A DNA stretch of 52,052 nucleotides, taken from Oscillospiraceae bacterium (GTDB lineage Bacteria > Bacillota > Clostridia > Oscillospirales > CAG-272). The translations under genes were made by a program, and so were the position numbers. The notes under the pieces are model-generated. The model had not been told where the DNA came from. It saw nothing but the letters and a program-made list of their open reading frames with translations, and made no database searches. The stretch spans positions 1 to 52,052 of the forward strand of contig SVTA01000002.1 of NCBI GenBank assembly GCA_015064005.1. The letters are read 5' to 3'. Positions 16,818-24,869 of the stretch are shown here, in pieces (positions within the stretch are counted from its first letter, which is position 1; the number at the start of each line of letters is the position of its first letter).

Positions 16818-17276
16818 ATGAAAAAGCTACTTGTGCTGCTGCTCGCGTTCGCCCTGCTTCTCCCCGCTCTTGTATCCTGTCAGGATGATGGCCCCGACAC
16901 CCCGGATCTGCCGGAGGGCAATCCCGTGCTGCTGGTGCTGCCTGAGGACGTCAATATGATCTCCATTTACCTATACGGAGGAGGCAACGGTGGCGCCGCT
17001 TATTTTGACAAAAATAACTACGGCGTGCTGCTGCAGCTGCTGGAGGAGCTGCGTGCCACTACCGTGATCCCCCTCGCCGACGAGAATGCCCTCGCGTCCT
17101 TCCCCTTTGACGATTGCATTGACGTGAACATTTATGGCACCGACGGCGCGCTGATGCAGATCTCCGTTGACAAGCAAAACCGCATCTGCATCGGGCAGGA
17201 GGTGTTCGTCCTCGCCGAGGGAGCCCTCAGCTACAAGCACGTGCAAAGCTACTATGAGGAGTTTTGCGAGGACTAA
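16818..17276 (+). CDS. Hypothetical lipoprotein
   Basis: MKKLLVLLLAFALLLPALVSC contains a lipobox. The ATG at 16818 is preferred over the ORF-track start. Confidence 0.7.
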   Translation: MKKLLVLLLAFALLLPALVSCQDDGPDTPDLPEGNPVLLVLPEDVNMISIYLYGGGNGGAAYFDKNNYGVLLQLLEELRATTVIPLADENALASFPFDDCIDVNIYGTDGALMQISVDKQNRICIGQEVFVLAEGALSYKHVQSYYEEFCED

Positions 17277-17334
17277 TGCCCCGACAAGGCGCGAAAGACG
17301 CCTTCCCCCGTGACTGCAACCGCCATATGTGAGC

Positions 17335-17373
17335 AAAAGGCCGGGAAACGGATACCGTTTCCCGGCCTTTTTT
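17335..17373. terminator. Bidirectional rho-independent terminator
   Basis: aaaaggccgggaaacgg-ata-ccgtttcccggcctttttt. Confidence 0.8.
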
Positions 17374-17543
17374 CAGCGCATGTGCATTTTGGCCTGCATC
17401 ATATCACCCATGTGCCGCGCGGTGCAGGCGGTTTTCTTCAGCAGTCGCTTTGTCTCGCTTTTGCCGCCCACGATCATCCCCACCGTGCCGCCCACCACCA
17501 TGCCGGTCACGACACCAACAGCCGTCATTGTTGCCTTGTTCAT
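17373..17543 (-). CDS. Small (56 aa) glycine-zipper membrane protein, absent from the ORF track (under 60 aa)
   Basis: MNKATMTAVGVVTGMVVGGTVGMIVGGKSETKRLLKKTACTARHMGDMMQAKMHMR. RBS AAAGGGGG lies upstream and a terminator follows immediately downstream. Confidence 0.45.
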   Translation of the reverse strand: MNKATMTAVGVVTGMVVGGTVGMIVGGKSETKRLLKKTACTARHMGDMMQAKMHMR

Positions 17544-17656
17544 TCTTGCATCCCCCTTTTTTGAATTCAGTTATAGTTTGCATCGGCCGCCGCCGATTAT
17601 ACGCCGTCGGGCTCGCTCAAAAAAGAGAAAAAATTGCAAAAAAATCCTGCAGCATC

Positions 17657-17685
17657 TTGCATTCCGCAGCGGGAAACTGTATAAT
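17657..17685 (+). promoter_or_regulatory. Sigma-A type promoter (TTGCAT, 17 nt, TATAAT with TG extension)
   Basis: cttgcattccgcagcgggaaactgtataatg, 30 nt upstream of the 17715 ATG. Confidence 0.55.
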
Positions 17686-17714
17686 GAAAAGGATGAAAAT
17701 AAAAGGAGCTTACC

Positions 17715-18434
17715 ATGGAGCAAATTTATACCATACCCGTAAACGAGGCCTTTGAGGCCTCCGCCGCCGACCGCAGCTGCGGCTGCCCCATGTGCGCGCT
17801 TTACCGCAAGCTGGAGGAAAATGAGCTGGAGCTGATCCTCGGCGCCTCCATGATGGAGCCGGACGTGCGCATCAAAACCAACGAGGAGGGCTTTTGCCGC
17901 ACCCATTACGACATGATGTTCGTCCGCAAAAACCGGCTCGGCATGGCGCTGACGCTGGAAAGCCACCTGAAGGAGCTGCAGGACGATCTTTCCGCCGGAC
18001 TTGTGGGCACGCTGACCGGCCGCCCCGACGCTCGCCCCGCCAAGCGGGTGGCAGCGCTGGAAAAATCCTGCTACGTCTGCCGCCGCATCGATTTTCACTT
18101 TCAGCACATGGCAGAAACCGTGGTGTTTCTCTACGAAAGCGAGGAGGCCTTCCTTGACAAGCTGACGGCGCAGCCCTATTTCTGTTTGCCCCACTACCGC
18201 CTGCTGCTGGAAAAGGGCGGCGCGCGCCTTGGCAAAAAGCAAATGGCCGCCTTCACCGATATTCTTTCCCGCATCACCAAAAATTATCTGGAGACCCTCA
18301 CGGAGGACGTGAGCTGGTTTTGCAAAAAATTTGACTACCGCTACGATCAGGAGCCTTGGAAAAATTCCAAGGACAGCGTGGAGCGCGCCATCAAGTTCCT
18401 GCGCTCCGACCTGCACAACACACAGCAAAAATAA
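17715..18434 (+). CDS. Conserved Cys-rich hypothetical protein (probable metal-binding)
   Basis: Motifs CGCPMC, FCRTHY, CYVCRR and FCLPHY. RBS AAAGGAG. Confidence 0.6.
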   Translation: MEQIYTIPVNEAFEASAADRSCGCPMCALYRKLEENELELILGASMMEPDVRIKTNEEGFCRTHYDMMFVRKNRLGMALTLESHLKELQDDLSAGLVGTLTGRPDARPAKRVAALEKSCYVCRRIDFHFQHMAETVVFLYESEEAFLDKLTAQPYFCLPHYRLLLEKGGARLGKKQMAAFTDILSRITKNYLETLTEDVSWFCKKFDYRYDQEPWKNSKDSVERAIKFLRSDLHNTQQK

Positions 18435-18458
18435 CACCGTTTAGGGGGATATTAAAAA

Positions 18459-19442
18459 ATGAAGCTGACAGCAAAGGAAATTTTCGCACTTTCCCACGGT
18501 GCGCTCCGCTTTGAGGAGCAGGAGGGCGGTGTCGTGCGTCTTTGTCGCTTTACCGAGAAGACCGTGGGCTTTTACGAAGCCACCAATCAGAATTTTGCCA
18601 CCAAAACCAAGGCAGGTGCCTGCATTCGTTTGGAGTTTGATACCGATGCCGACGAGTTTACCGTAGGATATACCGTCAGCAAGGCCTCCAGCCGTTCGTT
18701 TTTTTACTTTGATATTTTCGTGGACGGCGTGATGGTGGCGCATCCGGGGCAGGATCATTTAGAAAACGCCGTGGGTGAGCTTTCGCAGGAGCTGCCCGAG
18801 GGCACGCACCGCGTGGTCATCTATCTGCCCAATCTGGCCTGCGCCGATATCACCCATATGACCTTCCCTGACGGTGCTTCCGTCAAGCCCGTGGAAAAGT
18901 CCCTGAAGCTGTACGCCCTCGGTGACTCCATCACGCAGGGCTACGACGCGGAGTACCCTTCTCAGTCCTATGCCAATCTGATTGCCGACAGGCTGTGTGC
19001 CACCGCGATCAATCACGGCATCGGCGGAGAGGTCTTCAGCCCCGGTATGCTGGATGCCGCCATGGATTTTGCCCCCGACATCATCACCGTTGCCTACGGC
19101 ACCAACGACTGGAGCACGCGTACCGCCGAGGATTTCAAGCGGGATGCCGACGAGTATTATCGCCTGCTTCGCGTCACCTATCCCACCGCCAAGATTTTTG
19201 CCATCACGCCCATCTGGCGCGCCGACAAGTCCAATGAGACCAAGGCGGGCTGCTTTGAGAATGCGGTGCGCATCGTCACCGAGGCAGCGCAGGCGCAGCC
19301 CGGCGTGGTGGTGATCGACGGTGATAAAATGATCCCTCACCTGCCCACCGTCTGCTCCGACGCCTATCTCCACCCCAACGATTTCGGCTTTAAGTTCTAT
19401 GCGGATGCACTGTACGACGCGATAAAGCCGCACCTGGATTGA
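18459..19442 (+). CDS. SGNH/GDSL hydrolase with an N-terminal beta-sandwich-like domain (CE2-like esterase architecture)
   Basis: Block I LYALGDSITQGY, block II NHGIGGE, block III AYGTNDW, and C-terminal D..H (HPNDFG). Confidence 0.8.
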   Translation: MKLTAKEIFALSHGALRFEEQEGGVVRLCRFTEKTVGFYEATNQNFATKTKAGACIRLEFDTDADEFTVGYTVSKASSRSFFYFDIFVDGVMVAHPGQDHLENAVGELSQELPEGTHRVVIYLPNLACADITHMTFPDGASVKPVEKSLKLYALGDSITQGYDAEYPSQSYANLIADRLCATAINHGIGGEVFSPGMLDAAMDFAPDIITVAYGTNDWSTRTAEDFKRDADEYYRLLRVTYPTAKIFAITPIWRADKSNETKAGCFENAVRIVTEAAQAQPGVVVIDGDKMIPHLPTVCSDAYLHPNDFGFKFYADALYDAIKPHLD

Positions 19443-19449
19443 GGTATTT

Positions 19450-20022
19450 ATGGCACAGAAATACGGTAATATGATCGATCTCCTGGAGCTGCAGAAATCC
19501 TTTATCCTGAACCATCTCCGTCCCGGCGACACCGCCGTGGATTTCACCATGGGCAACGGCCACGACACGGAATTCCTCTCCAAGACCGTGGGCGAGGCGG
19601 GACGGGTCTTTGCCTTTGACGTGCAAGAGCAGGCCGTGCGCTCCACCGCCGAAAATCTCGCAAAGGCCGGCTGCCCGCAAAATTACACCCTGATCCTTGA
19701 CTCCCACCACAACGTGAAAAAGTACGTGGAGGGGCCGATCCGCGCGGGAATGTTCAATTTGGGCTACCTGCCCGGCAGCGACAAGAGCATCACCACCATG
19801 CGCGTCACCACCATGCCCGCCATTGAGGCAGCCATCGATCTGCTTGACCACGGCGGCGTGCTGCTGGTGGCGGTCTACCCCGGTCACGCCGAGGGCGAGG
19901 CTGAGGGCAAAATGGTGCTGGATTATTTTGCCACCCTTGACCGCCACGTGATCTGCTGCACCCTCATTCGCATTCTGAACTCCCCCACCTCTCCTTTCTT
20001 CATCGTAGTAGAAAAGAAATAA
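19450..20022 (+). CDS. Class I SAM-dependent methyltransferase (YtqB-like putative RNA methylase)
   Basis: AVDFTMGNGHDTEFL ... VFAFDVQ ... NLGYLPGSDKSITT. Confidence 0.75.
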   Translation: MAQKYGNMIDLLELQKSFILNHLRPGDTAVDFTMGNGHDTEFLSKTVGEAGRVFAFDVQEQAVRSTAENLAKAGCPQNYTLILDSHHNVKKYVEGPIRAGMFNLGYLPGSDKSITTMRVTTMPAIEAAIDLLDHGGVLLVAVYPGHAEGEAEGKMVLDYFATLDRHVICCTLIRILNSPTSPFFIVVEKK

Positions 20023-20040
20023 CAAATGGAGGATAATGCC

Positions 20041-21762
20041 ATGTTTCGTCCCGAATTTCCCAATCCCCAATTTCGTCGCGAGCATTGGGTGAATCTGAAC
20101 GGTCCCTGGTCCTTTTCCCTTGACGTGGAGGACAACGGCGCCGAAAAGAACTATTTTGAGCGCACAAGCTTTGATCAGACCATCGAGGTGCCCTTCTGCC
20201 CCGAATCGCAGCTTTCCGGCATCGGCCACACGGATTTCATCAATGCCTGCTGGTACGCGCGAGAGATCGATATTCCGGAAAGTGCCCTGACGGGTCGCGT
20301 TTTTCTGCATTTCGGTGCCGTTGACTACGAAGCGAATATTTACGTTAACGGCAAGCTCGCCGGCACCCATAAGGGTGGCTATACTGCCTTCGCTCTTGAC
20401 ATCACCGGCCACGTCACCGCCGGCAAGAACACGTTGGTGGTGCATGCCCGCGATAACACCCGTGACCCCCTGATCCCCTCCGGCAAGCAGTGCACCAAAA
20501 CCAACTCCTACGGCTGCTTCTACACCCGCACCACCGGCATCTGGCAGACGGTGTGGCTGGAGTTCGTGCCCTGTGCTTACATCAAATCCTTCCGCTTCTA
20601 CCCCGACATCCACAACGCCGCCGTTACCGTGGAGGTAAAGGTTGCGGGGGTAGGCAAGCTTTCCGCAAAGGTCACCTACGAGGGCAGGCACATGGCGGCC
20701 GAAACCCGCACCGTTTTGGGGGATACCGTTCGTTTCACTCTGCCTCTCGCGGAGCTGCACCTCTGGGAGGCCGGCTGCGGTCGACTCTACGACGTGGAGC
20801 TTTGCTTTGGAGAGGACAAGGTCTTTACCTACTTTGGCATGCGCGAGGTGAAATGCGACGGCCTCAAGGTGCTGATCAATGGCAAATCCGTTTTCCAGCG
20901 TCTGGTGCTGGATCAGGGCTTCTACCCCGACGGTATCTACACCGCAAAGGACGAGGCCGCGCTTGTCAACGATATTGAGATCTCTCTTGCCGCCGGCTTC
21001 AACGGCGCACGTCTGCATGAAAAGGTGTTTGAGCCGCTGTTCCTCTATCACGCCGACCGCCTCGGATATCTGGTTTGGGGCGAGTATCCCAACTGGGGGC
21101 TGGATCACACCGATATCCGCGCCTTTTATGCCATGTATCCCGAGTGGGAGGAGGCGGTAAATCGGGATTTCAACCACCCCGCCATCATCGGCTGGTGTCC
21201 CTTCAACGAAACCTGGAACATCAATGGCAAGACCCAGGAAAACGACGTACTGTTGGCCATCTACAAGATGACCAAGGCGCTGGACGACACCCGTCCCGTC
21301 ATTGACACCAGCGGCAACTGCCACGTGATGACCGATATCTACGACGTGCATAACTATAACCAAGATCCCGCCGTATTCCGGGAGAAATTCGCCCCCGAGA
21401 TCCTTGCCAAGGGCGAGGTGTGGGATCCCAATATCTACCACAAGAACGCCGTGCATCCTCAAGCGGTGCTGTGGGATGGCAAGCAGCCCCTCTTCATCTC
21501 CGAGTACGGCGGCATCCGCTGGTCAAACCTCTCCGGCTGGGGCTACGGCAATGCCCCCAAGACCGAGGAGGAGTTCAAGGAGCGCTACAAGGGACTCACC
21601 GACGTGCAGCTGGATAATCCCTACTTCTTCGGCTTCTGCTACACCCAGCTTTACGACGTGGAGCAGGAGCAGAACGGCCTTTACACCTACGAGCGCGTGC
21701 CCAAGTTTGATATGACCTTCTTCCGGGAGGTCAACAGCCGTAAGGCAGCCATTGAGGACTGA
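20041..21762 (+). CDS. Glycoside hydrolase family 2 protein
   Basis: LNGPWSF ... VFLHFGAVDYEANIYVNGKLAGTHKGGYTAFALDIT is the sugar-binding domain signature. The ATG at 20041 has a GGAGG 8 nt upstream. Confidence 0.85.
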   Translation: MFRPEFPNPQFRREHWVNLNGPWSFSLDVEDNGAEKNYFERTSFDQTIEVPFCPESQLSGIGHTDFINACWYAREIDIPESALTGRVFLHFGAVDYEANIYVNGKLAGTHKGGYTAFALDITGHVTAGKNTLVVHARDNTRDPLIPSGKQCTKTNSYGCFYTRTTGIWQTVWLEFVPCAYIKSFRFYPDIHNAAVTVEVKVAGVGKLSAKVTYEGRHMAAETRTVLGDTVRFTLPLAELHLWEAGCGRLYDVELCFGEDKVFTYFGMREVKCDGLKVLINGKSVFQRLVLDQGFYPDGIYTAKDEAALVNDIEISLAAGFNGARLHEKVFEPLFLYHADRLGYLVWGEYPNWGLDHTDIRAFYAMYPEWEEAVNRDFNHPAIIGWCPFNETWNINGKTQENDVLLAIYKMTKALDDTRPVIDTSGNCHVMTDIYDVHNYNQDPAVFREKFAPEILAKGEVWDPNIYHKNAVHPQAVLWDGKQPLFISEYGGIRWSNLSGWGYGNAPKTEEEFKERYKGLTDVQLDNPYFFGFCYTQLYDVEQEQNGLYTYERVPKFDMTFFREVNSRKAAIED

Positions 21763-21785
21763 AACGCGCACGCCCGGGATGGCAT

Positions 21786-21960
21786 AATGATGCATCGCCT
21801 GCGGCGATATGATGTTTTTCGCTTCGCTCAAAATGATGTTGCTCCACTGCGTTCCGCAATGATGCGATGTTTGCCCCAAAATGTGGCGAAGCCACACATC
21901 ATTCGCGAAGCGAACATCATTAGGCGAAGCCGTCATCATTTGCCGCAGGCAAACATCATT
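21786..21960. repeat. Word/mini-hairpin array B. (A)ATGATG occurs 4 times, then the inverted CATCATT 4 times. The words are separated by unrelated mini-hairpins, three of which contain GCGAAGC.
   Basis: Words at 21786-92, 21809-14, 21832-38, 21858-64, then 21897-903, 21915-21, 21934-40, 21954-60. GCGAAGC at 21886-92, 21905-11, 21924-30. GCTTCGC at 21821-27. Confidence 0.8.
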
Positions 21961-21961
21961 C

Positions 21962-22002
21962 AAAAAAGCCTGATTTGTCTACCAGACAAATCAGGCTTTT
22001 TT
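21962..22002. terminator. Bidirectional rho-independent terminator
   Basis: aaaaaagcctgatttgtct-acc-agacaaatcaggctttttt. Confidence 0.85.
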
Positions 22003-22004
22003 GT

Positions 22005-22079
22005 TGGAGCTGGTGGTGAGATTTGAACTCACGACCTGCTGATTACGAATCAGCTGCACTGCCCCTGTGCTACACCAGC
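22005..22079 (-). tRNA. tRNA-Thr (anticodon CGU), CCA encoded
   Basis: Reverse complement GCTGGTGTAGCACAGGGGCAGTGCAGCTGATTCGTAATCAGCAGGTCGTGAGTTCAAATCTCACCACCAGCTCCA. The acceptor stem is GCTGGTG/CACCAGC, the anticodon loop is TTCGTAA, and the T-loop is GTTCAAATC. Confidence 0.9.
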
Positions 22080-22153
22080 GACTTTGTTATTATAACACAT
22101 TTCCCCTACGATTGCAAGAGTTTTTTCAAAAAATCTTGCCTGAAAAGTTTTTG

Positions 22154-22182
22154 TTGACAAAGCTTCGCTTATATGCTATACT
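22154..22182 (+). promoter_or_regulatory. Sigma-A type promoter (TTGACA, 17 nt, TATACT)
   Basis: gttgacaaagcttcgcttatatgctatactg, upstream of the 22215 gene. Confidence 0.6.
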
Positions 22183-22214
22183 GAAATCACCATTCAAAGA
22201 ACGGAGGATCTGTT

Positions 22215-23054
22215 ATGAACAACAATATGATGCAAATTCAGCGAGAAGCCAAGTACAAATCTGCCCGTACCTCTCTGATCATAATACTGGCGGCCTCGGT
22301 GATCAACATTTTCAGCATCGCCTTTGCCGATTCCTATTTCCTCTTCAGCTCTTATTTTACCACACTGCTGGCTGCCCTCGGCGCTACCCTATATGTGGAA
22401 ACCGGCTCCATGGCGCTGTTTGTGGTCTTTGCGCTGCTGGCACTGGTGAGCTTGGTGCCCTATCTGCTCTGCTTCATTTTTTCCAAAAAGCACCCCGGCT
22501 GGATGATTGCCGCGCTGGTGCTGTTTTCCCTCGATACGCTGCTGCTGCTCCTTGACTTTGTAGCCGCATTGCTGATCGGCGATTTCGGTATGATCATCGA
22601 TATGGCCTTCCACGTCTACGCCCTCGTTTGCCTTGCTATTGCCGTCAAGCACGGCATGGCATCCAGAAAGACTCCCCAGCCGGAGAATGTACCTGCGGCG
22701 CCTCTGGTCGCTACCGAGGGGGAGGCACCGGCAGAGGGCGTCGGCGAGGAGGTCGCCGTCTCTACCAGACGCATTTACCTCCACCGCAAAAATGCGCTTA
22801 CAGGCTTTGCCCTTCAGTATAACTGCTATATCGACGGTGTACAGATCGACGTACTGAAAAACGGCAATACCGTTGGCATTACGACCAGTAGCGCCGCGCA
22901 CGAAGTGGGAATCATGGCACCCGGCGGTGAGATCGCCGTTTCCATCGCCATTCCCGCCGATGAAGCGGATCATCACTACTCCGTCCGCCTCAAATCGGGG
23001 GCATTTCAGGCTAAGCTGATCGTGGAGGAAATCCCGGATCCCAACGCGCAATAA
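22215..23054 (+). CDS. Hypothetical polytopic membrane protein with a soluble C-terminal domain
   Basis: About five hydrophobic helices in the N-terminal 150 aa. RBS ACGGAGG. Confidence 0.65.
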   Translation: MNNNMMQIQREAKYKSARTSLIIILAASVINIFSIAFADSYFLFSSYFTTLLAALGATLYVETGSMALFVVFALLALVSLVPYLLCFIFSKKHPGWMIAALVLFSLDTLLLLLDFVAALLIGDFGMIIDMAFHVYALVCLAIAVKHGMASRKTPQPENVPAAPLVATEGEAPAEGVGEEVAVSTRRIYLHRKNALTGFALQYNCYIDGVQIDVLKNGNTVGITTSSAAHEVGIMAPGGEIAVSIAIPADEADHHYSVRLKSGAFQAKLIVEEIPDPNAQ

Positions 23055-23069
23055 AAGAAGCAAGTTGAG

Positions 23070-23120
23070 AGAGGGGGGAGAGGATGCTTTTGCAAAAGCA
23101 CCCTCTCCCCCCTCTTTTTT
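23070..23120 (+). terminator. G/A-rich palindromic element copy 1, acting as a terminator (followed by T6)
   Basis: agaggggggagagg-A-tgcttttgcaaaagca-C-cctctcccccctct followed by ttttt. Confidence 0.7.
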
Positions 23121-23317
23121 GCCCTTTGGGCAAAAAATCCCCCCCCTCTCCCCCAAAACCTTAAAAAGGAAAATAGCGCACATCGCGGGAAGCCGGAAAC
23201 GGAGAAGAATTTTTAGAGTTACGAAAAAAGCAACTGTTTTTCAAAATTCCACACCGTTTATGGTGATACGCCATGTGCGTTACCCTTTTTTGAAGGTTTT
23301 TGCGGAGGTGGGGGCGT

Positions 23318-23357
23318 GGGGGAGGAGGTACTTTTTGCAAAAAGCACCTCCTCCCCC
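23318..23357. repeat. G/A-rich palindromic element copy 2
   Basis: gggggaggaggt-A-ctttttgcaaaaag-C-acctcctccccc, 24 nt past the M20 peptidase stop. Confidence 0.7.
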
Positions 23358-23380
23358 ACAAATCAACCATCTCTCCCCAT

Positions 23381-24829
23381 TCAGCATTGCCGCATCAGGC
23401 GGATATAAAACTCCACCGCGCGGGCAGCGGCCTCCGTGCGGATGCGCTCATTGTTGCCGTGAATGGTGCGGCGCTCCTCGGCGGTGAGATCCATGGCGGA
23501 AAAGCGATAGACCTTGTCGGAAATCTCCCCCCAATGGCGGCTGTCCGAGCATTGCACCATCAGATAGGGGGAAACCAGCGTCCCCGGCCAGGTGCCGCGA
23601 ATGGCCGCGCTGACCCGCGCAAAGCCTGCGGTATCGGTGCGGGAAATGCGGCTGGGATCCATCCCCTCCAGCGCCGCGATCTCCACCGCGTCACTTTGGG
23701 CAATTTTTTTGATATAGGAAATGGCACTTTCCACGGTATCCGCCGGATTCAAGCGCAGGTTGGATACCATGGTGGCGCTGGGCGGGATCACGTTGGCTGC
23801 CTTGCTGCCCTGCATCCGGGTGAAGGCCACGGTGGTGCGCATCAAGGCGTTCAGCTCGCCGCCGCTCTTGCGGCAAATGGCATCCAGCACGCCCCCAAAG
23901 CACCAGAGATTGGCAAAGATCATACGGTAAAGGAAGGTGGAATGCCGCCCAAGGGTATCGAACATGGCGGCCACGGGGGCGGTGAGATGACCGGGGAAGG
24001 GGTGCGCCTCCACCCGACAGCACACGGCAGCAAGCTCACCCACCGGCGTGTGTGGCGGGGGGGCGGAGGCGTGGCCTCCGCCGGAAACGGCGCGGTATTC
24101 GAGATTGAGCATGCCCTTTTCCGCAATGCCCACAAGGCCGCAGGGCGCCTTGACGCCGGGAAACACGTTTTCCACCACAGCGCCGCCCTCGTCCAGCACC
24201 ATGGAGGGCGTGATCCCCTGCTCCTTGAACCAATCAACAATATTTTTGGCGCCGGGGCCGTTGACCTCCTCGCCGCCGGAGAAGGCAAAATAGATGCCGT
24301 TTTGGGGGATAAAGCCCTCGGCGGTCAAGTGATCTGCGGCAGAAAGCACGCCGTTGAGGGTCACCTTGGTATCCAGCGTGCCCCGCCCCCAAAGCACGCC
24401 GGCCTCCAGCACGCCCTCAAAGGGGGGCTTCTCCCAGCCGGCCTCCTCCACGGGCACGACGTCGTAATGCGCCATCAGCACCGTGGGGTCGCCCTGCTCC
24501 CGCCCCGGCCAATGAAAGAGGAGCGCGCGGCCGGGCAGGCGGGTCAGTGTACAGACCCGGAAAACGTTGGGATACAGCGTGGGCAAAAGGCCGATCAGCC
24601 GTTCGAATTCGCCGTCATCCTCCAGCGCAGGATCACTGTAGGAAACGGTCTTGCATTGCACCAGCCGCTGCAGATTGGCAACGCAGCCCTCACGGTCAAA
24701 TTTCTCCGGCGTCGGCGTCACGTCAGCCTCAACCTTCGGGCGAAAACGCAGCGTGCGCACCAAAACCACCGCAAGAAAAGTTACCAGCGCTCCGCCGAGC
24801 ACGGCGGGCAGGATCCACAAATATTCCAT
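23381..24829 (-). CDS. M20 family metallopeptidase with an N-terminal membrane anchor
   Basis: LMAHYDVVPV ... GRGTLDTKV ... FAFSGGEEV. N-terminal TM segment ILPAVLGGALVTFLAVVLV. Confidence 0.85.
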   Translation of the reverse strand: MEYLWILPAVLGGALVTFLAVVLVRTLRFRPKVEADVTPTPEKFDREGCVANLQRLVQCKTVSYSDPALEDDGEFERLIGLLPTLYPNVFRVCTLTRLPGRALLFHWPGREQGDPTVLMAHYDVVPVEEAGWEKPPFEGVLEAGVLWGRGTLDTKVTLNGVLSAADHLTAEGFIPQNGIYFAFSGGEEVNGPGAKNIVDWFKEQGITPSMVLDEGGAVVENVFPGVKAPCGLVGIAEKGMLNLEYRAVSGGGHASAPPPHTPVGELAAVCCRVEAHPFPGHLTAPVAAMFDTLGRHSTFLYRMIFANLWCFGGVLDAICRKSGGELNALMRTTVAFTRMQGSKAANVIPPSATMVSNLRLNPADTVESAISYIKKIAQSDAVEIAALEGMDPSRISRTDTAGFARVSAAIRGTWPGTLVSPYLMVQCSDSRHWGEISDKVYRFSAMDLTAEERRTIHGNNERIRTEAAARAVEFYIRLMRQC

Positions 24830-24869
24830 ACCGTATCCCCCTTAAATGAAAATTTGCAGGCAATCGCCC

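Noticed and set aside
19390-21462. 690-aa ORF on the minus strand
   Set aside because: It is antisense to well-supported SGNH, methyltransferase and GH2 genes. Its composition is dominated by G, V, H, A and L with no recognisable motif. This is a typical shadow ORF of GC-rich DNA.
23065-23487. 140-aa ORF (+) and 69-aa ORF (23161-23370, -) between the membrane protein and the M20 peptidase
   Set aside because: They are generated by the G/A-rich palindromes (PPPP/GGGG stretches). There is no RBS and they overlap the terminator.
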